DNA of 64,000 bases from Octopus sinensis. Lineage: Eukaryota. Under the pieces are notes generated by a model. It worked only from the letters and a program-made list of their open reading frames with translations. It ran no database searches and was not told where the DNA came from. The first letter of the stretch is position 1; every line of letters starts with the position of its first letter. Made by a program: the position numbers and the translations under genes. The stretch covers positions 28,644,001 through 28,708,000 of the forward strand of contig NC_043007.1 of assembly GCF_006345805.1 (NCBI RefSeq). The letters are read 5' to 3'. Positions 49,141-60,321 of this stretch are shown here, one piece after another.

Positions 49141-52100
49141 AATCGAAATTCAAAACACACACACTCGGAGTCCCAAAATCTGCCGGTATTCCCAACGTGA
49201 GAGAAACATGTCCTACTGAGTGACTGTCCCTTCACTCATCTTCAAGGGACCGACGCACCACAGAAACGGGCCTCAAGCCAACACACAAACCTGAATAACA
49301 ATAAAAATAGAAAAACACACCAATGCTGCAGTAATGCTGGTCCAGTCTTTACAGGAAGACACCAAACAACAACAACAAAAGTGGAACTACAACCCTATCC
49401 AACAGTGCACCACAACTCCAGCCAAAAACTGCTCCCTAGCAGGAAATTCTTTTTTAGCCATGTTGAACATGGCAAAAGAGATACACAAAAACATTCTAGC
49501 CATCACTCAACACCATCCTATGCTATTACCCCAGTGCACCAATTCCCCACATTGCTGCCACTAACACACACAAAAAATCCAAGCCCCCTGCAACAGTCAA
49601 AACCAGCCACTACACTAACCTCAACATCTCCTACTCAATGCACCAAGGTGTCAGCCCTTCCATCAATGCACAAAAATGGAAGGTCCAATTCATTGAAGAC
49701 TGGGTTGGTAACCATAACACACATCCCTTTCTTCATTCTCACTGAGACCCACCTTGACAACCCCACTTGGAAGGAAGAAAGTGAGAGTGAAGAATTTCAC
49801 AACCATCGCGCGGATCGTATGGCAGGAGGAAGGGTGGAACTGCCATTTTCCTGCATGATTCATTTACGGCAGATGGAAATAGTATATTCTCCAATGGCTA
49901 CTGTGAATCAGTCCCAGTGCACAACAAAGCCAATGACCTGGACATTAATTGGGCTCTATAGGCCGCCCCAAACACCATACTGTGCTTTAAAGAATGCCTC
50001 AACAGCATTAAGTGCTTATTCAACAGTGCCATTCTAGCAACATACTCATGATGGGAGACTTCAATCTACCTGTGTTGACTGGAGACTACAAACTGTTTGA
50101 ACCAAGCACTCCCGCCTCAACCGCTGACAAAGAAGCAGCAGAGTCACTTTTCGACTTTACGAATGAGTTTTTCTGTCCCAACTTGTCCTTGCAACCAACA
50201 AGACATCAGAACATTTTGACCTAGTGTTTAGTAACCACACTAACACTATACATAACGTTACAGTGGAAAAAACCCTTCTTCAGACCATACATGGTCTCTG
50301 TAACATGAAATTCCACCAGCCGAAAGCTAATCCTAGTGACCTTCCTCCAGCCCACCCATTTGACAACATGGATCTCCATAAAGCCAACTGGATGCAATCA
50401 GAACGAGCTATCAAATGTTGACTGGTCTTTTACACATACACACATCTCCACCAACCATAAAACATCTTGGCAGATCTTTGTAGACACCGTCACAGACATA
50501 TGTGCAAAACACTCCCCACCAAGACCTGTGAACAAAAATGTGCAGAATCCCCAAAACAGAAAAACCATTATCAGAAAAATAAAAAGAACAAACAAAAAAA
50601 TAACAAACTAAAGTACTGCCAACAGCAACACACACATTCGACGGCATCGCACTGCTTGAATCCAAAAAATATAACCTCCACCAATGCATGAAGACCCTCA
50701 TCAATAACCAAAGATCAGCTGAGGAGAAGTGGGCCATTGAAAAAATCAAACTCAAACCCAAAGTGTTCTTTTCATTTGCGAGGAAACGCAGGGTCACTGT
50801 CTCCACTGTAGGCCCTCTAATTGACAAAACTGGCACTCTCCAAGATAATGCCAAATCCATGGGCCGAGATACTGCAGAAACAATACTGCTCTGTTTTCAG
50901 CAATCCTGATATGGCTGATCTGGGCTGTATCAGTGATGTCAACCCCCAACACACTTATATGGACATAACGTTTAGTGCCCACTGATGTCTTAGCGGCAAT
51001 AAACGAAATAAAACACAATTCAGCAGTAGGCCCCGATAGGTTCCCTGCTTGTGTCCTGAAGGTGTGTCGACACCAACTTGCATCTCCCCTTGCTAATCTG
51101 TGGAGAAACTCACTGGATGCTGGCTATATTCCAAAAAACCTTCTGTCCAGTCTGTTGTCCCAGTTTTCAAAAAGGGAAAAAAGTCCCTTGCAGTGAATTA
51201 CCGTCCGATCTCACTCACCTCTCATATCATCAAGGTATTTGAGAGGGTGGTGAGATCTCGAATAACCCAATTTCTGGAAAGCAACAGACGGCTGATCTCC
51301 AACCACATGGGTTCCGTAATGGAAGGGACTGCCTAACGCAGCTCCTGCATCACTTTGAGGACATTTTGAGAGCTTTGGGAGAGGGCTCCAACACCGATGT
51401 GTCATCTACCTTGATTTCAGTAAGGCCTTCGACAGGGTCGATCACAAGATCCTATTGAAAAAAACTATCCAACATTGGTGTCTCTGGAAAGTACTGAAAT
51501 GGATTTAGTGTTTCCTGACAGACAGATCTCAAATGTGTAGTTGAAGGGGTAAAACAAGCCCAGACAAGTCAGTAGTGGCGTTCCGCCGGCCTGTGCTGGG
51601 CCCCCACTTTTTTCTCATTTCATTATTAATGACATTAATGACATCATCAAGCACAGCAACATAAAAATCTTTGCAGATGACTCCAAGCTACAGAAGGTCA
51701 TAAATGAGGCGAGTGACCGGGACATGCCTTCAGTCAGATCCTACTGGCTGTTATCCAATGGGCAGAAAAAAACAATATGCTGCTGAACGAGGATAAATTT
51801 GAGCTAATCCACTTTGGAAAAGAGGATGCCCTGAAACTCCATACTCCCTTCTTCAGTGAACTCTCGCGGCGTCCAACAACATCAGAGACTTGGGAGTAAT
51901 TGTGGACAACAACGTAAGCTGGGCCACTCATATAAACACCAAAGTTGACATGGCCCGCAGAATGTGTTCCTGGATTCTCAGAACTTTCCAGTCGAGAGAT
52001 ATCCACACCATTATCCTTCTCTTCTCCACTTTTGCCTGACCCCACCTTGAATACTGTTGTCCACTGTAGTCTCCCCACACAATACAAGGTATCATAAAAG

Positions 52101-52660
52101 TTGAAGCACCTCAAAGGGCAATCACAAAAAAGATAGATGGCATGACAGGCCTCGACTATTGGGGTCGGCTAGAAAAGCTAAAACTCTATTCTCTCCAACG
52201 TCGTCATGAGCGCTACATCATCTGCATGATGTGGAAAATATTCCATCAGCATTGCCCAAATGATGTTGGCATCACCTTTAAGGTACATCCAAGGCTTGGG
52301 CCCCGTGCCATCCGCCCAAACAAAAATCGCACTCTCATCTCATAACAACAATACGGCACAATTACTTCACCTCAATTGGCCCCGCTCTCTTTAACATTAC
52401 ACCAAAACACATAAAACAGAAACTGACCCTATAGGGTTCAAGAAGTCTTTGGACAGATTCCTTCAAGAAATCCCGGATAAACCCCCTACACCTGGATATG
52501 TCTCTGTAAACAATAACTCTCACTACTGAGTGGGCCATAGTGCCCAAATTCTGACTTGAAGACTTCACCAGGTGGTGATTAGTTAAGTTGGGCCATTTCA
52601 CCCCCGGCCACCTGGGCCAAGTATAATGGCACCGTACCCTATAAAGTATCAAAGTATATA
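49140..52660 (+). mobile_element. CR1-group LINE with near-complete but frameshifted ORF2 (AP endonuclease + RT)
   Basis: ILTETHL, GLYRPP, MGDFNLP, PTRHQNIL, GPDRFPACVLK, NYRPISLTSH, YLDFSKAFDRVDH, FADDSKL, YSLQRRHERY. Flanked on both sides by TA microsatellite. Confidence 0.9.
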
Positions 52661-53051
52661 TATATATGTAGGTATATTATATGTATGTATGGTAGAGAAT
52701 ATATATGTTGTATATATATATGTATGTATGATATATGTATATGTGTATATATATATATATTGTATGTATATATATGAATGTATATGTATGTATATATATA
52801 TGTACATAAATAGTATTTAATATATATATATATGTATGTATATATGTATGTACATAAATATATTTATATATATATATATGGTATATGTATGTACATAAAT
52901 ATATTTGTAATATATATATATATATATATGTGGTGTATATATATGTGTGTAATATATATATATGTGTGTGTATTCTATCTATATGTGTGTATATATATAT
53001 TGTGTGTGTATATATATATATAGTGTATATATATATATATATATATATGTC

Positions 53052-53088
<37 letters not shown>

Positions 53089-53657
53089 GTATATATATGT
53101 GTGTGTCTATAATATATATATATGTATGTATGTATGTATGTATATATGTATATATTTATGTATGTATATATTTATGTATGTATATATTTATGTGTATGTA
53201 TATATTTATGTATGTATATATTTATGTGTATGTATATATTTATGTATGTATATATTTATGTATGTATATATTTATGTGTATGTATATATTTATGTATGTA
53301 TATATTTATGTATGTATATATTTATGTATGTATATATTTATTTATGTATGTATATATGTATGATATATGTATATGTATATATGTATGTATATATGTTATG
53401 TAGTATATGTATGTATATATGTATGTATGTATATATGTATATATATGTATGTATATATGTATGTGTATATCTATATATTATGTATATATGTATGTATATA
53501 TGTATGTATATATGTATGTATATAGGTATGGTATATATATATGTATGTGTATATATATGTATGTATATATTATGTATGTGTGTATTATGTATGTGTATAT
53601 ATATATATATGTATGTGTGTATATATATATATATATATGCATATATATATATGTATG

Positions 53658-53688
<31 letters not shown>

Positions 53689-53700
53689 ATGTATGTATCG
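52660..53700. repeat. TA/TATG microsatellite with an embedded 16/18-bp minisatellite (TATATTTATG[TG]TATGTA, ~53150-53345)
   Basis: Read directly from the sequence. Confidence 0.95.
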
Positions 53701-53799
53701 GTCCTTCTTGCCGAACTCCTAAATGACGGGTCATAGAGACACTAGCATTAGTTGTCAAGCAATGTTGGGGGTGACAAACATACAAACATATACATTTTC

Positions 53800-53831
<32 letters not shown>

Positions 53832-53997
53832 TTATTCAACAGGCTACTTTCAGTTTCCGTCTACCAAGTCTACTCACAGGGCTTCGGTTGGCCCAAGGCT
53901 ATAGTAAAGATATTTGCCGAAGGTGCCACACAGTGGGACTGAACCCAGAACCATGTTGTTGGTAAGGAAGCTACTTAGCACAAGTCACTCCTATGGC

Positions 53998-54034
<37 letters not shown>

Positions 54035-54284
54035 GTTAAGTATGTCATCATCATCACCATCGTATATATATTACATATGTATATATATTTATTATGTATG
54101 CATATATGTATATATTATGTATATATATGTATGATGTATATTTTGTGTGTGTATATATATATATATATCTGACGTATATATGTATATATATATATATATA
54201 TTATGTATATTAAGTATATATATGATGTATATTATGTATATATATATATGATGTATATATGTATATATACATATATATGCATGT

Positions 54285-55283
54285 AGGGATGAAGAGGTGA
54301 AGCACGACCTTTGGACATTTGGCTTCACCGAGGCAATGACCAGTGACCAAGACTTTTGGAAATATGCTGTGCTTGAGAAGACCCGGCAAGCCAAGTGAGA
54401 CCATAACTTCATGGCCTATGGCAGGGTTGTAATGAGCCCACTTATGTGTACGTGTGTGAACAGCCATGCTACATGGCAGTGAAACATGGGCCATAACTGC
54501 TGATGACATGTGTAAGCATGTTAGTAGTGAAGCCAGTATGCTCCATTGAATGTGGAAGTGCCCTGAGAGAAAAATTGGGCATAAGAAGCATCAGATGTGG
54601 TGTGCATGAGTGACGACTGTGCGGGTATTGTGATGTGCTGCTTATGGATAAGGACAGTTGTGTGAAAAAGTATCACACCCAAGAAGTAGTGGGAACCTGT
54701 GGAAGAGGTAGACCCAGGAAACTTGGGATGAAGTGTTGAAGCACAATCTTGAAACATTGGGCCTCACGGAGGCGATGACAAGTGACTGAGACCTTTGAAG
54801 ATATACTGTGAAGACCCGGCAAGCCAAGTGGACTGTGCCAGTGCTGCATCACCGGCCCATTTAAGAGTACACTTCAATCATTAGGCAATAAACTGTGCTT
54901 GTGAAGACCTGTTGAGTCAAGTGAAGTCATTGTTGTGGCTGATGACAGTACTGCTTGATTGGCACCTGTGCTGGTGGCATGGAAAAAGACCATCTGAGCG
55001 TGTTCAATGCTAGGGCTGGTTGACTGGCCCTGTGCCAGTGGAACTCAGTGTGGTCGTTGCCAGTGCCGCCTTACAGGCTCTGGTGCTGGTGGCATGTAAA
55101 AAGCACCATTTAAGTGTGGTACTCACTACTCTCTGGGTCATTGGCATTAGGAAGGGCATCAAGCTGAAGAAATTTTGCCAGATTAGATTGGAGCCTGGTT
55201 CAGCCTTCTGGCTTGCAGGCCCTCAGTCAAACCGTCCAACCCATGCCAGCATGGAAAGTGGACATTAGACGACACTGATGATG
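54285..55283 (+). mobile_element. Two stacked RTE 3' fragments (ORF end, 3' UTR and tail)
   Basis: Homologous to 45820-46200 (AGAGGTAGACCCAGGAA, GAGACCT..GAA.ATATACTGTG) and ends in the GATGATG tail. Confidence 0.8.
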
Positions 55284-55544
55284 TATGTTTGTATGCATGC
55301 ATGTATGTATGTGCATATATACACACACTCATACACACTTACGTAAGTATTTGTGTATATGTATATACACACATTCATGTATGTATGTGTGTATAGATAT
55401 ACATTTAAATATGTTTATGTACATGTGTATATGTATACATTTCTATATGCATATGTATACATTTATATATGTATCTATGTATATATATATATTTGTGTAT
55501 ATATGCATTTATATATATGTATAAATGTGTAAATATATAATTAC

Positions 55545-55576
<32 letters not shown>

Positions 55577-56250
55577 TGTATATATATTCATATATGTATG
55601 TTTATATACATTTATATATGTATGTTTATATGTATATACGTTTATATATGTGTATATACATTTGTGTATGTATATACATTTATATATGTATATGTGTATA
55701 TACATTTATATATGTATGTATATGAATGTGTATGTATGCATACATTTATGTATGGGTATGTATGTGTATCTATATATAGTCATGTATGTGTGTGTGTATA
55801 TATATATATATCATCATCATCATCGTTTAACGTCCGTTTTCCATGCTAGCATGGGTTGGACGGTTCGACAAGGGTCTGGGAAGCCAAGAGGTTGCACCAG
55901 GCTCCAATCTGATCTGGCAGTGTTTCTACAGCTGGATGCCCTTCCTAACGCCAACCACTCTGAGAGTGTAGTGGGTGCTTTTTACGAGCCAGGTGAGGCT
56001 GGCAATGACCACGATCAGTTGGTGCTTTTTACATGCCATTGGCACGGAAGCCATTCAGCGGTCCTGGCAACGATCATGCTCAGATGGTGCTCTTAGCGCT
56101 CCACTAGCATGGATGCCAGTCAAGCAATGCTGTCATTATATTTGTATACACACACACACACATGTATATATATATATACATTAGACAAAAAGAGATAAGA
56201 AAGCCAAATCTGAGGTGTTTTCAGGACATTTATAAGGAAAGTGATATATA

Positions 56251-56298
56251 GTCTTACAGCTGTTTCTGGGATAGGATGGATATTCCTTTATCAGAGAC
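56251..56298 (-). ncRNA. Minimal type I hammerhead ribozyme motif (left arm; core G8>A)
   Basis: Minus strand GTCT-CTGATAA-A-GGAATATCCATCCTATCCC-A-GAAA-CAGCTG-TA-AGAC. Confidence 0.7.
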
Positions 56299-56582
56299 GA
56301 TGTGAGATGGTTAAACAATGGTAAATGTTTGAGTTCGAAATAAGGAATTATTGTGTCAAAGGAGGAGACAGGGAAATAAGAGAATGAAAGTGCAAGTGAA
56401 ATATGTAAAATATAAAACATGGAACTGCAACTATATATATATATATAAAAAAAAACTAATGTGTTATATTACACTTGTAGTTTCATTCTCTTATTTCCCT
56501 CCATATTCCCTGTCTCCTCCATTCCCACAATAATTCCGTATTTCTAACTCGAACATTTAACTCTATTTAACCATCTGACATC

Positions 56583-56630
56583 ATCTCTGATGAAGGGATA
56601 TTCATAATATCCCAGAAACAGTTGTTAGAC
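56583..56630 (+). ncRNA. Minimal type I hammerhead ribozyme motif (right arm; core intact)
   Basis: ATCT-CTGATGA-A-GGGATATT-CAT-AATATCCC-A-GAAA-CAGTTG-TT-AGAC: perfect 8-bp stem II and near-palindromic stem III. Confidence 0.75.
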
Positions 56631-57125
56631 TATATTTCTCTCTTTCCTTATAAATGTCCTGAAAACTCCTCACAGCCTTGACTTTGTTACCTATTTTTGT
56701 CTAATATATATATGTGTATATGTATGTATATATATGCATGTATATATATGCACGTATGTGTATATGCATGTATATATGTACATGTGTATATGCATGTATA
56801 TATGTGTATATATGTACAATATATATATATATGTATACATGTCTATGTTTATATGTATTTTTATATTTATGTATATATATATATATGTGTACATGTATAT
56901 ATATGTATATTTGTATACATGTATATATATATACATATGCATGTATATATATATACATATGCATGCATATATATATATACATATATATATATGCATATAT
57001 ATACATATGCATACATATACACTTACGTATCCATTCATATATATATATATATATACACATTTATATGTATAACTGCATTATAAAAACATGTATCGGTATG
57101 TGTGTGTATATGAACATGTATGTAT

Positions 57126-57185
<60 letters not shown>

Positions 57186-57906
57186 CACACACACACATAT
57201 TACACGTGTATGTATACATGTATATATATACATATGTGTATACATGTATATATGCATACATGTATATATGCATAGGTGTATATATATATATATATGTACG
57301 TATACATGTATATATATGTACATATATATGTATAAATGTGTACATACATGCATATATATATGGTTAATGGTTATATATATATATATATAAATAAATAAAT
57401 AATATAATATAAAATAAATATAAGAGAGTGGTCACTATATGGCTCACTCTAGCACCAGTTAATCCAAAAGGTTTCAACCACAAAAATACATGTTTCCCAT
57501 GAAAGCCAGTACGATTGTTAGCTCACACGGACAGGGCAAATAAAAAATAACAAAAATACAGATTATTTTGGGACAATTGTTTCGCTATATATATATATAT
57601 ATATTGATACACAAACATTGTACAGTTCTAGACATTTGATATATTTCTTTTTGTCATTAAGCTAATTAAAGAATTTCGTTTTAATAGCTGAATGTCCGTG
57701 AGTTTTCTTCCAAGCTTTTGTTCTGTCTTCACACACACACACATGGAGATGATGGTAGGTAGCAGCAAAAATGAAACCATTTTATGTCGTTCGGAATAAT
57801 TTAACAAATTCGACGAGTAATTTAGTAGTTTTAAGTGAACAGACGCACGCACTTGCTCTTGCTCTTATATACATACCGCCACAGACACATTATGATGATA
57901 GACATA

Positions 57907-57946
<40 letters not shown>

Positions 57947-58371
57947 ATGCATGTATGTATACACACATGTAGACATATATATGATCGGATTTGATTGAAT
58001 GGAAGCCTACTGCCTTGCAAATAGCAGTGAGCCTGTCTGAATGTATGCACGTGTGTCATGTATCTCTATGAAGGAATAAATATTTATATATAAATATAAG
58101 AGGGGAATTTTTTTAACCACTATGTGGAAACCCTTATGCTAGAAGAAGATCCGCTATGGTCTTAACCACATATATATATATATGTGTGTGTGTGTGTTAA
58201 AGCTGAAGTTCTGATGAAGATATACACGCTCACATATCGTGCCTTACATAAATGTCGGTTATGTACGCGTGTGTCTCTAGCCGTGTATATATTATATTTG
58301 TGTCAGTCCCGTCGTATATACATCTGTGTCAGTATCTACATTCATGTGTGTGTGTGTGTGTAGCTCTACAT

Positions 58372-58383
58372 CAAGATGGCGGC
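58372..58383 (+). promoter_or_regulatory. YY1-type motif CAAGATGGCGGC within a CpG-rich island (~57480-59700)
   Basis: Exact match to the AAGATGGCGGC consensus; local CpG density is visibly above the V-ATPase gene body. Function is not shown. Confidence 0.45.
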
Positions 58384-60321
58384 TGTTGGTGTTAACCTCA
58401 TGTCTCTCTTTCTCTCTCTCTCTCTCTCTCACCCCATTAATATTTTTACTACACCGATATCTTCTTCTGTATAAATTATGTCTCTAGAATATGTACAACA
58501 TTGCATTTGCCGGCTGATGGAGAATATTGAACGAAAATTTAAATTATCAGCGAAACTTTCCCATTTCCCCCAACACACACTCACATTGTGTTCGTGTGTA
58601 TTTAATGGTTCTTCCCTCGTCATATTTGCAATAATTTTCCTTTTCTGCCATTTCAAATGAGCAAATGGAATCATTAGCGCATCGGGCAAAATACTTAGCG
58701 GCATTTCTTCCCGGTTTTACATTCGCTGTTGAGATCCCGCCTTTCATTTTCCCAGGGTTAATAAAAAGAAGTAGTTATCAAATACTGGGGTTCGTGTCCA
58801 CTAATTCCTTCCCCTCCAAATTTCTAGTCAGAAACAATTCTATTAATAAGAATGATTTGGAGAAAAATATTGTGTTTTGTTGATGAGTATGCACGAAACT
58901 GCTGGCCCTCGAGCCACCTTGCCAATCCTTCTTTCCCATCCACAGAAAGACCTGCTCCGCATATTTCATCGTTTCGCCATTATTTCGTTCAGATTGTTTT
59001 ATAGTTTATATTATATTGATACACGAGAAGAAATTGTGTTGGAATTTTGCTAATTTCTCAATTACAAAAATTTATCGTTGATGTAAATATTATTTCCTCC
59101 TGTATTTCTTGTGTGTTCGTCTTTCACGAATTCTTATTCACTGTCCAAGCAGCAGCACATGGATTTTGGCAGCAGCTGATTGTCGACATTCTACAACACT
59201 TAATGTTTCAATGCTACTTATTATTAGACGAGAGACTGGATAACTTTTCATATCCCAAAAACCATTTGTATGAGGAGAGATCGGATAATAAAGAGGTTTT
59301 AGGCATGCCAACCTTTATTGTTATTAATGGTAGTGCCAGCCGCTGTCGGAACATCCACCTCATTTTATTCACAGCTGAAATATAACCCCCCCCCCCAAAA
59401 AAAAAGCAAAAATTATTAAAATGTTTACGTCTATTTCATCAGTCTATTTGACTACGTAGAGTTCAATATATAATAGCATTAACCTTTATAAGTTGGCTTT
59501 GATCGATTATATACGCAGAAGCATATGTTGTGTATTAACCTCAATACAACCTCCTCTCATTTTATAATCCTCATAATAATAATAATTTTCATTTAGTATT
59601 TTACAAAATGGCTTTCGTATAGAAATGGTTATCCAAATTAGTCGTTTTCTATTTTTTCTTTGTTCTCTATTAGGTTTTTGCATCTCATTAATAAAATACA
59701 AATCAAATGCTAAGGATTTGGCTCAGTTAAAATACTGGAGTCGATCTAATAAAGTTCCAATTATGTTCATGGGGTGGTGGTGATCCAGTTAGCTGTCTCA
59801 TGTCGGTTAGACATTTCATTTGTATTCTACCCACCCCCAATCATATTGGTGCCCTGTGTGTATATAAATGTTTCCTTTGACTACAAAGTAGCAGGGGTCA
59901 TTCCAAGAATCCACTGGACAATGTATTTGTGAATGTACAAACAAGATGTGATGGTCACAGCTGCAATAGGTCTGGTGGATCAGGGCTTACTTGGGGTTAA
60001 ACAGCATCTCCATGTTTTGTCTTTCACTGACTAAAATGGCTGTTATGGGTAAATATGACACTGGAATGTCACAAAGAGTGGAATGGCTGGGAGGAATAGT
60101 AGAGCACCAGATTTCTGTTTTTTTTGTTTCATCCCTCAACATTTCATCCAAGCTGGATTGAGAACCAGTTGGGTTATCCTCACTGATGGCCCTTGTTCTG
60201 CAAATTTCTGGCCTTGTTGTAAAATTGTTGTTGTTGTTGTTGTTGTTCAAGTTGTAACCTAGCAGAATCGTTATTGCACTGGATAAATTGCTTAGTGGTA
60301 TTTCTTGTTGACTTTACATTC

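Larger units (their letters stand above)
56181..56704. mobile_element. Non-coding foldback element: ~224/239-bp inverted arms with a 61-nt centre, inserted in TA repeats, each arm carrying a hammerhead motif
   Basis: 56181-56404 is the reverse complement of 56466-56704 (TTAGACAAAAA...TTTTTGTCTAA), roughly 80-85% identical by eye. Confidence 0.88.
55285..57420. repeat. TA-rich microsatellite tracts (55285-55812 and 56705-57420) surrounding an RTE tail and the foldback element
   Basis: Read directly from the sequence. Confidence 0.9.

Noticed and set aside
41815-57390. Many long ORFs rich in Y/I/M/C/V/H
   Set aside because: These are translations of TA/TG microsatellites, which lack stops in some frames; there is no coding signal.
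58211-58245. CTGATGAA-GATAT...ATATC hairpin as a hammerhead
   Set aside because: GAAA is absent after the stem and there is no stem III.
59047-59385. 112-aa ORF in the CpG-rich island
   Set aside because: Non-ATG start, no recognisable homology and no supporting splice sites.
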